NCBI GenBank assembly: GCA_017654855.1
Contig: CM030332.1
Coordinates: 2,294,001 to 2,358,000, forward strand
Reading direction: 5' to 3'
Source: Podospora anserina
Taxonomy: Eukaryota
Length of the DNA: 64,000 bases
Positions 50,837 to 64,000 of the stretch are shown here, piece by piece. Each line of letters starts with the position of its first letter. The stretch's first letter is position 1. The position numbers and the translations under genes were made by a program. The notes under the pieces are model-generated. The model searched no databases. It was not told the origin of the DNA and saw only the letters and a list, made by a program, of their open reading frames with translations.

Positions 50837-52423
50837 ATGGCCTTCATTGATCCTGCCTTGGTGTTGCAAGGCGTTCGGATAGTTGCCAGACAAGCAACCG
50901 AGACCGTGGTATCGACCGCATTGTCATCAACAATCAACCCATCGCCCACCACGGACATCACCAACTCACCAGCGGACTCGCCCACGGTCCAACCCTCTTT
51001 GACCTCTCTCACATCATCGACCTCACCCGAAGCGACTCCGAGTCCGTCTCCGCAGCCATCGCCGGGAGGTAACAATTCCTCGCCGCTGCTGTTTTTTGTA
51101 GCGCTGGGCTTTGGTGTCGTCTTCACTAATCTCTGGTAAGCAGGAGAGAAAGGCGATGAGAAATATCTGAACATGGGTGTCTAACGAAGAGGCAGGATTA
51201 TCGTTGGGGTCAAGTACTGCTTCAGATACAATGCCCGTAACCGTCAAATGCGGATGAATGAAGATGGCGAACCAATCAACATGGAGAACATGCCTCGCCC
51301 GCATCGTCGTCGGCGCGAAAAGAAATTGATGACCATCGATGAGGTCAACGAAAAATTTCCGATGCTCAAGTACAAGACGTGGGTTGCAAGCCGAGCGCAG
51401 GAAGGACTACCTACCCGCGGCGGTGTTTCAAGCCCCAGTCGCCCAAACAGTGTCCGCGATGCCGAAGGTGTGATTTCCGAGCTTCCTAATAAGGAGCGCA
51501 TGTCTATCGAGGAGCGACCAACAACGAGCGCAACCGCACCAGCAGCAGAAGCGACAGCGAAAAAGGAAACGGCCGCAACTCCCGAGTCAACGACGGCGGC
51601 TGCCCAGACCGAGAAGCCCGGAAAACATGCTTCAAAGGAAAGCACCTCGAGTTCGATAGGTGGGCCTCAGCCAAGGATATCCACGGATAGGGAACGGGAT
51701 GGGGGCAATGATGGAGCTCGGGATGCTGATGCCGGAACTCTCCATAAAGCGTCGACCCAAGGCGCACATGATGACGATGAGGAAGATGATGAGCACATTG
51801 ATGCTGCCATCCCACCCGAATGCATGGGGACCTCGGGAGACACGTGTGCTATTTGCATCGACACTCTCGAAGACGACGATGATGTGCGCGGCTTGACTTG
51901 TGGCCATGCTTTCCACGCTGTTTGCTTGGACCCGTGGCTCACGAGCAGGAGGGCATGCTGCCCATTGTGCAAGGCTGATTATTACACTCCCAAGCCACGA
52001 CCTCCAGGCGCTGAGGGTCCCGACGGGGCCACATTGATCGCCATCAGCCTCGTTGATTCACGCTCGAACCGGATGAACATGCCCAATCGGCCACGGCGCA
52101 CCTTCTTTGGTCTTCTGGGCTCTGACAACCGGAGCGAGAGAGAAATGTATGCCAGCAACAGACATAGGCATGATAACCGAACACGATCCTCCCGTACTCG
52201 CGATAACAGGCGAGGGAACAGGACTCGTGCGCCAACGAGTCCTGCTCCAGTGTCGGAGAACCAGGCTAGCAGCGGCGGTTGGTTCTCCAACATGAGAACA
52301 GCTATTTCGAGACTTCCAAGAGGGCGGCAGCAAAACACCGACAGCCAGACTACCCCACCAGCATCGGGGGCCAACCCGGCTGTGACACCATCCCAGCTTG
52401 AAGCTGGAGTACAGAGATCATGA
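50837..52423 (+). CDS. Single-pass membrane RING-H2 E3 ubiquitin ligase
   Basis: S/T-rich N-terminus, TM LLFFVALGFGVVFTNLWIIVGVKYCF (intron 51136-51195), RRRREKKLM, CAICIDTLEDDDDVRGLTCGHAFHAVCLDPWL..RACCPLCK. Confidence 0.9.
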
Positions 52424-53541
52424 TCTTCAGCCCATCTTGGAGGGGAGAGGAGCTGTGTGCTCATGGCATCGCTGTTCCCCTCATCTATTGATACCCGTAT
52501 TTCCCACCATGTACATGTAATTTTCTGATGCCGTCATAACGACTGCTTGGGAGTCGCAATTGGCCCATTTCACCAGCCTCTGAAAGTTCCAGTACTGGTG
52601 ACTCGTTATCGGATTCTTGCAATTTATCTCGCAAGCACTTGCGTCTGATAAAGTGGCGGTAATCCCTGAGGCATCAAGAGAAAAATTAGCCGGTAACGAA
52701 GTGGGCGACACAGACTCAGGCATTTGAGCGCCAGGAAGAGGGTAGAAGAGAAGAGCAGGAGAGCGTTGAGCACTAAGCTGCTGGCTGGGATATTGGCTGT
52801 TGTACCTTTCAATTAGTCTGTTTTTCTTCTTTCTCTCGATCTGGCTTTCACTGTCGGTTTGTTTATTATGGGATGTTTGTTTGCGGGTTGCGTCCCCCTT
52901 GTTTTCCTCCCCACATTTGGATTTGCATAGCACCCCTCACCATATTTGGCTTTTTTGTTTCGAAGGACAACGCGAGAGGAGGCTACACTTGACACACACG
53001 ACTCACAACTCTCTATTACAAGGGAAGAAAGGGACAAGCATGGAGTTTACTTGGGATTTGGTTTTGTGTTTTTTTGCTCATGGGTTGGGAAGGGAATGTA
53101 AGCTGGATGGGATGGGATGGGATGGGATAGGGGTGGCGGTTACAACGTGTATATGTTTGCGAAATGGGGAGGGGGGTTGCTGAAAGGACTTTTTGGAGGG
53201 CTTGCCATGTAGTGGAATTTGAACCAGATGAAGCACACGCTAACAAGAATGTTTCAGCTGTTGGTGATGTGATCATTGTGTGGTGTCTATTGCTATGCAC
53301 GCTGTGGATCGTCCAGTGTATATACCATCTGAAATTGAAGGCCAGAAAAGACCTTCTGGGCTGCTGCTCAACTTGAAGCTACTTCCAGTGATATGCTTCA
53401 AACCATCTTTCATATAGCTATCCCTCATCAATGTATGGTGGTGTCGTGGCCCACGTTGGAAATAAAAAACACTAACCGCCATATCCCTTTCATCTTCCTC
53501 AACCTGCCTTCCGTCAAAGTTGTCTCTCTCTCTAAAAGCGA

Positions 53542-54636
53542 TCAGAGGTAACTCCCCTTCTGAAACCTCCCCCCAAAATTCGCCGCCTTGTTCAACAACT
53601 CCCTCTTCTGCTTCCCGCTCACCACCCCACCAACCTTCATGTCCTTCTCCCAGCTAAAAGCCCTCTTGCTCGGGTCATCCTCTTCCTCCTCTTCCTTCCC
53701 ACTCCCACTCTTTGCCTTTCTTTCAGCCTTCCTAGCCTGGTGCTGCTCCACCAGACTCTTACCCCTCGTTTGCTCGGTATAAGACTTGATTCTGGCTTCA
53801 TCCTCCGCCGTCCGTTTTGACGGCCCGGCTGATGGACCGATGGGTTGTTGAGGGGTGTTGGATGGGTCGTCTCTACCTAGCACGGCATTGGCGAGGCGAC
53901 GACGCTTTTCCTCAGGGGTCTCGGTCCATATTGAGGATACCCCGGAGGAAGACTTGGATTCTGTGACGGCGCGGGGGCCCGTGTTGAATTTGCGGGCTTT
54001 GAGCTTGGTTGGGTCTGGGGCGCGGTAAGAGGTTTCTGTTGGAGGGGCTATCATCCAGGAGTCGCGTTTGGGGGCCGCTTCTGGTTCCGTGTAGGCAGGT
54101 AGGGAGGAACCCTGGGGGGTTGGGCGGGAGGGGACGGAGTCGGGGAGGGCGGGGCAGTAGTCGTCGTCGGAGTCCGAGTCGGAATCGGGGTTGGTGGTTG
54201 GGCGAGTTGAGAGGGGTGCTGGGGGAGGAGCGGGGCCGAGGACTCGGCGGGGTGGAGGGGATGTTTTTGATGAGGGTGGGAGGGCTGGGCCTGGGGAGTC
54301 GGAATCGGAGTCGTCGAGGGGGATCTCGTCGTTGTTTGTTGGTGGGAGGGTTGGTCCTACTGGTGGACGGGAGGGACCGATGGATGGCTTTGCGACGGTG
54401 GGATTGAGTGGATTTGATGGGTTTTCTGATGGGGGGAGCGACGGTCCTATTGATGGCTTTGTGGGAGGTGGTGCGCCGGGACCAAACCCATCGTCGGAGT
54501 CGTCATCTAGGGGTATTTCATCATTGTTGTCACGTCGCGAGACTTTGGGTGGAGGAGATGCTAGGAGGCCGTTGTCTTCTGGTATGCGTTTGCGCTTTTG
54601 AAGATGTGGTGGTAACTGGGGTCCGATGGAAGACAT
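53542..54636 (-). CDS. GPALPP-motif protein (DUF3752)
   Basis: MSSIGPQLPPHL, repeated IGP.LPP/GPALPP, RDSWM..PP, SIWTETPEEK, RAFSWEKDM, GRFQKGSYL. Confidence 0.85.
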   Translation of the reverse strand: MSSIGPQLPPHLQKRKRIPEDNGLLASPPPKVSRRDNNDEIPLDDDSDDGFGPGAPPPTKPSIGPSLPPSENPSNPLNPTVAKPSIGPSRPPVGPTLPPTNNDEIPLDDSDSDSPGPALPPSSKTSPPPRRVLGPAPPPAPLSTRPTTNPDSDSDSDDDYCPALPDSVPSRPTPQGSSLPAYTEPEAAPKRDSWMIAPPTETSYRAPDPTKLKARKFNTGPRAVTESKSSSGVSSIWTETPEEKRRRLANAVLGRDDPSNTPQQPIGPSAGPSKRTAEDEARIKSYTEQTRGKSLVEQHQARKAERKAKSGSGKEEEEEDDPSKRAFSWEKDMKVGGVVSGKQKRELLNKAANFGGRFQKGSYL

Positions 54637-55213
54637 GATGACAGTCTCATATGACTGTTGACGAGTGAGTTCTTTGTTTGTGATGGGGTCCAATGCCTGG
54701 TTGAAGTTGAGAATAAGTTCGCGACAGCCAGGGGGATGATGCAAATGGTTCCAGTTGGGGTACTGCTGCTAGCTTATCGATAAGGCTGACAGCACCGCTA
54801 ATTCAGGTGGCTGAGCTCGAGCAGGGATGTTGAACATGGGGGGTTCTCTGGGAGGCCCGGGGAGCTGGGCTGCACGCGCAATGGCTCCACGACTTCCAAG
54901 GTTCCCAGCTCCCGTCGAATGCGCCAACCTTCCGAGGGGCCGCATCTCTTGATTCGCATGTACAGAATAGAGGGGGACTGAAGATTGAGACTGCTTCTTC
55001 CAAATGTACAAACTTTTCAAACTTCTGTCCTCAGCCCTAGAATTCTTTGCGCTGCCCCGCAGGCAACGAGGCGTCGTCCCGCCAAGCTTCCATACCCTGA
55101 TCGAATCTACCCAAGAAAGCGAGTGATAGCCTTTCGGCGTCGAGTACATACTTTTGCGCGACATACACATTTACGAGTCTTTGCGGAGCAATGCATTCAG
55201 CAGCCAGCGCCAG

Positions 55214-58200
55214 ATGAGTTCGAGTCAAGCACAGGGCAGCAATGGCCCGGGAGACAATATGGCCGACATCCCAGAACTGGCCCCAGAAGCAGACGATCAC
55301 AGGCTAGGGTCGAGCTCTAGCGATGAGGAGACAATAAGAGGGGAGCGTGACGAAGACTATGTTGCTGATGCCGCCATACTGGAGGAAGAGGAAGAGAACC
55401 GGCCAGCTGACGTTCCAATACCCACTGTCGAGGTCGATACCTCAGCTTCCATACCCAACCACTATCGTGGAATTGTTGGAGCTTCACAGGAGGCTGCTTC
55501 GGAAGATGGGTCGACCGATGCTATACCCCGGTTGGCGGCAAGCCCTATGGGTTCCAACCTTTCAATTCCAGATGATACTCCGTCTGCTCAGGTGCGTTTT
55601 TGAAGAGTTGCTTGGTCTGGAACTGGTACTGACAGTTGCTGCAGGGCTCCGTCGTTTCCTCAATGGGTAGCAGTGTCTTGCCCTCCTTCGCTCGCCGACC
55701 TGGTATGAGCCCAACGCCATCTTTCAGGCCGTTTGACCAGAGATTCCAATCTCGTATTGCCTCGCCACACCTAAGCTCTCCCCGACCGTCCTCACCTGCC
55801 TTTCTTGCTGGACATAGCCGAACAGTGTCTGTGAGCAGTCAGTTTCTACTCGATTCGGGTGAAACAGAGACGCTGTCTCCGCCATGGGAGGTTGTGAGGT
55901 GGACGAAGCTGAGAAAGCTAAATAGCCAGGCTTTCTCGGAGGCAGGAAAGAGAAATTTTGGAACTCCGACCTGTCTTGCCGTCACAGCAAATATCGTGAT
56001 GGGGACAACAAAGGGCATAATCCTGGTTTTTGACTATAACCAAAATCTCAAGTTGATCATTGGTCCCGGAACAAAAGGTTCGTTTTGAGCCGCTCCTCCG
56101 GTACGAAAATCAAGGGCTAACTGGATGGCAGCTGTTGAGTCGGGTCCTATCACATCGATTGCCATTTCGGCAGACCATAGCACTATAGCTGGTGGACACT
56201 CTAACGGCAATATCTTTACCTGGGACACCACCCGAGCGGCGAGACCGTTTCTTAGCATACCCCATCTGGACTCTACACAAGTCCAACGCAGAACGGCCGA
56301 CGGTCATGTCTCCAATGTTGCTATCACTCACTTAGGATTTCTCGGAACACGCCACACAGCACTCGTTTCGGCCGACGACAGAGGAATGGCCTTTTCACAT
56401 CTCGCAACGCGGGGCACAGGAGCACTGGGAAGGACAGTGAAGACCACTCGCATTCTCGGGCGCTATCCAGACTCAAAACCACCTGTTGGAAAAACCCTCA
56501 AGCCCAGCACTGTACTAGGGTTTTCCCCATGTCCCCTTGGTAACGTCGAGATGGCTACTGACGGTATGGGCCTCACGGCGATGCTCACCCCCTATTTGCT
56601 CGTCATTGTCTCCACAACCCCTATCGCGCAAACTCAACACAAATCCGCCCGTCCAAAAGAGGTTGCAGCACACAGTGCCATGACCGGGTGCCTAGCTTGG
56701 TTTCCAGCTGTGAAGCTGAAGGTGCCGGACCCTGTTACTGGAAGTCAAATTTCCAAAGTGAAATTGGTGTACTGCTGGTCAAATGTCCTCACTGTACTAG
56801 ATGTGGATGAGATACCAGAAGACGACAAAGAAAAACTCCCAAGTCTCAAATTCAGAGCACGGAGCCGATGGACGTGTGAGGAATCAATCGCGGCTGTCCA
56901 ATGGCTCAGCAGATCAGTTCTGACGGTTCTCACGATATCCCAACGGCTGATCGTGCTCGAAGATCGAAGCATGCGCATGACGGAGGCTTTTGACTTGATG
57001 GGCAAGCACATCTATCATGCAGATCTTTTTTCAAAACAGCTGAACCCACTGGTGGAACAACTGGATGAAGATGTCGACTCGATGCATGGTGTCGTTGCTG
57101 ACGCGTTCTACATGAGTTTCAAGGCGTATAAAAGCCGCCTGTTTCTCCTGGGATTCAATGATGTTTCGATAGGCGCTCTGTCCAACTGGGCTGATCGCTT
57201 GATCGCGTTGATGGAATCTGGGGACTATGTGGGGGCCATCCAACTTGCCACGTCCTACTACACAGGTGATGCTAATAAGCTCACCGTCGGACTTCCAGAA
57301 GATGCAAAACTCAGACACTCTATGGTCCAGGACAAGCTGATGGAAATCATGAGCGCCTCGCTCAAGTATGCATTTGGGCAGAGACAGAAGCGGAAAGACA
57401 GCGTTACAGACGCTCATCTGCAAGAGCTGGCCGAAACCTGCTTTGTGGCTTGCCAAAGCGTCGGGGACGAGGACTTTGTCTTTGACGAGATGTGGGAATG
57501 GTACGAAGATGCCGAGGTCGAAGGCATTTTCCTTGAGACTTTGGAGCCATACATCCTCGATGGATCTATTACGACGGTCCCTCCAGTTGTGGTCAAAGGC
57601 ATGGTCACCCACTTTGTGAGCAAAGGGCTCGAAAGCCGCTTGGAGGAACTGATATGTCATCTGAACACCGCGACTCTCGATTTGGACCAAATCACCCTAC
57701 TTTGCAAACAACACAGCCTTTACGACGCCCTCCTCTATGTCTGGAATCAAGCCCTTCAAGATTTCATTACACCCCTCCTCGATTTGCTGGCTTTATTGGT
57801 ACCATTGATGCAAAACGGCCGATATTCAGGCTCAGCAAACCCGATCGAGGATGATATTTATGGGGTCAATGCCCTCAAGATCTTCCCATACCTTTCATAT
57901 GTCCTCACGGGACGGGTGTACCCGACTGGTGAGGCCCTGTCAGAAGAGATCGCGCAGAGGGCAAAGGCTGAGCTTTATTGGCTTCTCTTTTCTGGCAAAA
58001 GCATTACCTGGCCTAAGGGCAGCAACAAGCGACTCCTCACGAAGCCTTCTCAGTCGCAGGAGCCGTCGTTTCCCTACCTACGATTGATCCTTAACTTTGA
58101 TGCGCCCAGCTTTCTGAGTGCCCTCAATGAAGCGTTTGAAGATTCCTTCCTCAACGATTCGCCCGAGAAGCAGGCGGCAACCGGCAGCCGACCACGAGAT

Positions 58201-60216
58201 CTACCAGAAGAGCAAATCTTCGGGTTGACTGTAGACAGACAGTACATTGTCTCCATCCTGATGGAGATCATGAACTCGACCGACTACGAAACGACCGACA
58301 CGATCTACCTTGACATGTTTATTGCGAGAAACCTCCCCAAATACCCACAATATCTGCTGTTTCCAGGCTCAACTCTTACCAAAGTGCTCGCGGGACTCTG
58401 CAAGTTTCCCGGCCGAGACCTGGCCGAGGATGCTCAGCTGAGTGCGGAATACCTGCTTTCGGTATACCATCCACCAGATGTCAATGACTTGATTTCCCTT
58501 TTCAAGGAAGCTGGATTCTATCGCATTTTGAAGCGCATCTACAAGAACGACAAGCAATATGGGAAGCTCATTGAGACTTATTTTGACGACCCCGAAGACC
58601 AAGAAGCTGTGTTTAGCTGCATTGAGGTCTGCTTACGACCGCAAGCGGGCCTTACACGGCGGCAAGTACAGGATGTTCACCAAGTCATCAAACGGCACGC
58701 GGCTCAGTTTGTCGAGATCGACCCTCCCATGGCAGCCAAAACCATTGCAAAGGTTGCGCCCGAGCTGCATCATGATGTCCTTCAAGCATCTGGTGAGCAA
58801 CCGGGACTGCAATATTCGTATCTCAAGGCCATCCTGGAGCCACAGACTGAACAACGTCGTACTGGGTCACCAGATCGGGATTTGGTTGAGCAGTATCTGC
58901 GGCTGATGTGCAGGTTTGATCCAGCACATGTGTCTGACTATGTTGGGCTGGTTCAGTCTACCAATCTACGGCTTGAAAACTTGCTTCCAACGATGGAGGA
59001 GACAGGCGTGATTGATGCGGCTGTCATACTTATGGCCAAGGAAGGTCAGGCTCAGGAGGCAATGGGTCGGTTGGTTAAGCACCTCGGAACACTAGAATCT
59101 GCTCTCCAGGGTCTGCTTGCAGGTTCTGAACCTGAATCGAACACTGAGCAGCTTCATCAGTCTGTCGAGGAGCTGATGGAGGCCTTGAGGAGGTACATCC
59201 TAGTCGGCATCTGGCTTTGCCAGGGACAGACGGAGACTGTGCGGGAAGCCAATGCTGGTCGTCGACGGCAGAAGCCTACTCTTGACGATGCACTGTCTTC
59301 TGATGAGGCTCTCTGGCTTGATCTGATTGATATCGCGGTGCAGATCACCAAGCAGATCTCTACGGCCCTCCGGTTGTCTCCGGCAGAAACTCCCTCCGAG
59401 AACGAGAAGCCCAATCTACCATTAGGCGATAACGACAAAATCACCACTCTTCTCCGCTCTCTGGTGCAAAACACTTTTACCGCACTGCTCACATGTACTT
59501 CAACTCCATCACCTTCCTCGACCACAACTGCCGGCATGGGCAGCAACCTGTCCTTTCTCCGAATCCTCAGGGCGTTCCTCACACGTGCGGCTGCCTCCTC
59601 TCCCAACTTGGCCGACCTTCGCTCCGTCTTGTCGTCCATTTTTGCGGCGTATGCGTATGAAGAGTCGATCCTGCGGCTGTCCAACCGGCTTCTTGAGCGG
59701 AGTTTGTTCGTCAGTGTCAACGAGGCGGTCGCGCTCCGGCAGCGAGGATGGCGACCACGAGGCTCAACCTGCGAGGCTTGCAGTCGGAGAGTGTGGGGTC
59801 CGGGGGTGGCTGGAAATGTGTTTGAAGCTTGGGAGGAGAAGCAAGCGGTGGAAGAGAAGAAGAGGAAATTGAGAAAGGCCCTGATGTCACCGAATGGTGA
59901 TGTCGGTGAGGATGGGACAGGTGGTGACGAGGAAGAGGCTTATGTTGGCAAGGGCAAAGGGAAAGGAAAGGCACCTAGTCCCAGGTTAAGACAGGAAGAT
60001 GGGGCGGTCGGTGATGGCGATGTTCAGACAGCTCAGGATCCCCGAGAGGGACGGTCTGATGAGGCTGGGGCTCCTAGGAGGAGGGAGCAGCCACCGTTGG
60101 GGCCGTTGGTCTTGCTTGCGTGTAGACATATTTACCACAAGAGCTGCTTGGAGGAGCTGTTGGCGAAGGATGGGCAGGTAAAGGAAAATGAGTATAGATG
60201 TCCTATTGACGGGTAG
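55214..60216 (+). CDS. VPS8: CORVET subunit Vps8
   Basis: Beta-propeller region (VRWTKLRKL, ISADHSTIAGGH), Vps8 core (FLETLEPYI..LDLDQ..LYDALLYVWN), C-terminal RING-like C..C/LACRHIYHKSC..CP; introns 55592-55644, 56078-56131. Confidence 0.92.
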
Positions 60217-60491
60217 AAGACTTGGGGAGACTTGGTGGGTGATACCAGGCATTTAGCTGTATATATTATGGATTTAATACCAGCCTGTTGGTTTGAAGAA
60301 AAGGGGGTAAAATACCGTATTGAATGCACGCTGCTGTAACTTACGTTACCCATGTGCAGATCAGTGGGGCGCCCCAGAGTCTTGGCGCTCTTAACAATCC
60401 GCCCAGCTCCTGATCTCAATTCTAGATCTCGCCTTTCTATCTTGCAACAAACACGCCTCACAGCATCTCAATCCCTCCACATGCCGTCAGA

Positions 60492-61463
60492 ATGTCGATA
60501 ACATCCGAAGAAGAAGTCGAAGAGGACGCGCCTCCCCTCTCCGACTCACCCTCCCACAACGACTCTTCCGACTCCAACAACGGCAGCGGCAGTCTACATC
60601 AACACCACAACCACAATCACGACCACAACAATGGCTCAACCTCCCCCTCCGCCACCTCCCACCCAGGCTCCGACTACGAAGGCGAATACCTCTCCCAGTC
60701 AGACCTATCAGAAGAAGACGACGACGACGAAGACGACGGCAACCCAAATTCTTTCCCCCCTGCGGCCCCCTTTTCGCAACACACCTTCGCGCCCCCGTTC
60801 TACGGCCGTCCGCCAACACCCCTACCCCCATCTCCCTCTTTAACATCCCTGTTGCGACCCTCCAGACCAACAACCCCCGACGCCTCGGACGACGAACACG
60901 CCGAACCACTACCTAGGGCGAGGCCAAAAGTGCCGACGTATGAATACTACGGCTTCGTGCTGTATCTCTTCTCCAGCCTCCTGTTCCTCTTTTATCTGCT
61001 CTGGAGCTACCTCCCGTCGCCGTTTCTGCACGCGTTGGGGATATACTACTACCCTAACCGGTGGTGGTCGTTGGCGGTGCCAAGTTTTATCGTCATGTTG
61101 CTGGTGTATATATACGTGGCGTTGGCGGCGTATAATGTGGAGATACTGACGCTGCCGATGGGGAGCATAGAGACCGTGGTTGATGAGGCGGCGCAGGTGG
61201 CGGTTGTGGATAGTCGGGGGAGGATAAGGGCTGTTGGGAAGCGGGGGAGGGATAGGGGGGAGGGGCATAGGAGGAAGGGGTCGGGGAGGAGTAATAGGGA
61301 TGAGGAGGGAGGAGGGGGGCAGCATGGGGGGTTGGATTGGAGGGAGGTTTGGAATGAGGGGACGGATGCGGTGATGGATGTGCCGCTGGCGGGGGTTTGT
61401 GAGGTGCTTTATGGGTATGGGGGGGAAGGAGAAGGGGATGGGGATGTTATTACGAGGGTTTAA
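60492..61463 (+). CDS. GPI19: GPI-GlcNAc transferase subunit PIG-P/Gpi19
   Basis: EYYGFVLY..YLLWSYLPSPFLHALGIYYYPNRWWSLAVP, ..VMDVPL..VCEVLY. Confidence 0.88.
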   Translation: MSITSEEEVEEDAPPLSDSPSHNDSSDSNNGSGSLHQHHNHNHDHNNGSTSPSATSHPGSDYEGEYLSQSDLSEEDDDDEDDGNPNSFPPAAPFSQHTFAPPFYGRPPTPLPPSPSLTSLLRPSRPTTPDASDDEHAEPLPRARPKVPTYEYYGFVLYLFSSLLFLFYLLWSYLPSPFLHALGIYYYPNRWWSLAVPSFIVMLLVYIYVALAAYNVEILTLPMGSIETVVDEAAQVAVVDSRGRIRAVGKRGRDRGEGHRRKGSGRSNRDEEGGGGQHGGLDWREVWNEGTDAVMDVPLAGVCEVLYGYGGEGEGDGDVITRV

Positions 61464-62064
61464 ACAGAGCGGGCGTTTGTTTTTGTAATGATACCCTTTT
61501 GTTTGTGTGGAGCTAGTGGCGTACTTCGGTCTTGGAAGGGGAAGCAACTTGGCGAAGTGCAGAAGGACTTTGATGTTATTGTGGATAATTGGATGCTATT
61601 GAGGATGACATAAAAGTTCTTCTGGGCTTCGATATGTTGCACTTTCCATGCTTTTATAGTTCCAAGGCCGAAGTAGGCTAAAGTTGTCAACCTAGTCAAA
61701 TATATAGCGAGCGTTGATTGAGAAAATAGCGGGAATTGATTACATCGAGTATTTAACGATGATGGTGTAGATGCGGGGCACCCACTACAGCAGCAACACA
61801 ACGTCGTGGAAATAGCAAGGAATAAGCAATTGAACGTCGGCACAAGATTATTCTACATAAAGAGTTTGGGGAATTGTGTATAATACATCACGCAAGGCCG
61901 AACATCCGTAAGTAAGCACGCTGAGGAGTCACAAGTGGGGTACGTTCGATTAGGGAGGAGGGAAGGAGGGCAAGCCGATGAACATCAACTACCTCGTATC
62001 CAGCATTTCCCGCCAAACAGCTAAACCTCGTGAGCCTCACAACCTATTCAAAGACACAAGCAAA

Positions 62065-63637
62065 ATGGATTCACCCACGTCCGATGCCTCCCTCAAGGAG
62101 CAGCTCAAAAGCAGATTCGTGGGCAAGACACTCGACCAAGTCCCCACCCCATCAGTGATCCTCGATCTGGCCAAACTCGAGACGAACTGCAATGGAATGC
62201 TGGAAGCGACGGAGAAACTTGGTCTGCTCTGGCGGGCTCACATAAAGACGCACAAGGTATAAATCGTCGTTGAGAATAAGTCGCCGGTCATGAGCTGACA
62301 TTGTTCAGACAACAGAGCTCACCCGCCTCCAAGTTGGCAATGACAAGTCCACTCCTGTGAACATTGTCGTCTCAACCATCATCGAAGCAGAGAATATCCT
62401 CCCATTGCTGAAAGAATACCAGTCCAAGGGGAGAAAAGTCAACGTGCTCTTCTCCTTTCCCCTCTTCCCTTCCGCGGCCTCTCGACTAGCCGATCTATCT
62501 GCGCAGTTAGGACCGGATTCCATCTCTCTTATGATTGACCACCCTGACCAACTCGTTTCTGCCGCAACTATTGCTCACACAACGGGTGCTTACCCCCCTC
62601 TGGTGTTCATCAAGATTGACGGTGGCTACCACCGAGCAGGCGTACAGCCCTCTCCCAGTTTCGCCACGGGGGAGTCAACCCAGGGGGACAGCAGCCACCC
62701 TTCCGAAGTCCTCATCGACGCCGTTCTCGAAGCGGAGAAACAAAACAAGTGTGTCTTGCACGGGGTGTACATCCACGCAGGCCACAGCTACGGCACCAGG
62801 ACTGACTGGGCTGCATTGGGCTATCTAGCCCAGGAATTCCAAATCTGTCTCGACTTTGCCGAAGCGATCAGGAAACGAAGCCCAGGGCATAAGCTAGTCC
62901 TTTCCGTTGGTGCGACACCTACCGCAACCACCATCCAGCACCCTAGCATCATCTCATCTGGTGACAACAACAACGGTGATAGTTCAGTTCAGAAACTAAA
63001 AGAATTCATCACCGCCCAGTCAAAAAGAGAAAACCCATTCAGCCTTGAAGTCCACGCCGGGGTTTAGTATGTCCCTCCCTGCCCCCTATTCCTAGGTACT
63101 CAGCTAACACCCCCAAGTTCAACCCTCGACCTGCAACAGCTCGCCACCCACGCCCGGGACTCCTCCCTCCTCAAGGCTGACGACATCGCCATCAGTGTCC
63201 TAGCAGAAATAGCCTCCCTCTACCCCTCCCGCGGCAAAAACTCCACCACCGAAGCCCTCATCAACGCAGGCTGCCTCGCCCTCGGCAGAGAACCCGTCAC
63301 CGACAAGGGCAGCATCCCCGGAGTGGATTACTCCGGCTGGGGCTTTCTTATGCCCTGGGGCGGTTACCTCACCTCTAACCCCACCCCAGGTCCTGATTTT
63401 CCCCGTGTTCACCCCGGTTGGCAAGTGGGCAAAGTCTCCCAGGAACATGGCATCTTGGTGTGGGATGGTAAACCCGAAGACGAGATCCCGCTGCAGTATG
63501 GACAGAGGGTGAGAATCTGGCCTAATCACAGCTGCATCGCGGGCGCGTGCTTTGATTGGTATTTGATCGTGGACAGTAGGAGCAAGGGGAGGGAGGACGA
63601 GGTGGTGGATGCTTGGCCTAGGTGGAGGGGATGGTAG
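62065..63637 (+). CDS. DSD1: D-serine dehydratase-like PLP enzyme (fold type III)
   Basis: PTPS.ILDL, RAHIKTHKT (PLP Lys), KIDGGYHRAGV, HAGHSY, EVHAGVY..LDLQQ, SQEHG, PNHSC, WRGW; introns 62257-62308, 63067-63117. Confidence 0.88.
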
Positions 63638-64000
63638 GTAGAGATTGTGATCACGAAACCAAGTGTCGATGAGAGGGAGCATACAATACTTTGCCGTATT
63701 TTTTTCTAAGAACTAAAAACCCAGAACAAGGCTCGTTGAGCACCTGAAATGAAGCAACAGTCAAAACCAGCGCTGGACCTTTTTAGAGACCACGGTCTTT
63801 TCCCCTACGCTGACTCCTCGTTCGATCAAAGAGAGGTGCCCCCGGAATAATCCACCCCCCTTCTTTCACTTGGCTCACTCAAATTTCACATAACGCCAAC
63901 GCATGCCCTACCCTCCCCCTACGCCCTTACGCCACCCCCCCTTGGAGGTGCTTCATCCCTCTACTTCTTTTCCTCCTCCTCAGCTACTTTCTTCCTCTTC

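Overview
Gene-dense eukaryotic DNA from a filamentous ascomycete. Short GT-AG introns with CTRAC/CTAAT branch points, the codon style and RIP-scarred solo LTRs point to Sordariales, most likely Podospora (inferred, not verified). About 25 mostly housekeeping protein-coding genes: homoisocitrate dehydrogenase, mitoribosomal S8/mS26/mS38, an MFS transporter, a flavodoxin-like quinone reductase, Yae1, an amidase, a DUF3433-like membrane mucin, a GPI aspartic protease, a small secreted Cys-rich protein, a PLP aminotransferase, the ADP1 ABCG transporter, NOG2, a PIR-like wall protein, a DsbA-like protein, beta-MPP, a RING-H2 ligase, GPALPP1, VPS8, GPI19 and D-serine dehydratase. Three things stand out. 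(1) A 380-nt NOG2 intron holds an snR191-type H/ACA snoRNA whose two pockets match LSU rRNA helix 69. (2) A stop-containing 72-nt terminal intron in the quinone reductase gene would, if spliced, add a CaaX-terminated tail, giving soluble and lipid-anchored isoforms. (3) A cluster of solo LTRs at about 41.6-43.6 kb includes two inverted LTRs that share one half and carry different short palindromic motif arrays in the other half. No prokaryotic-type system, CRISPR, tRNA or rRNA gene was seen. Family assignments come from motif recognition, not database searches.
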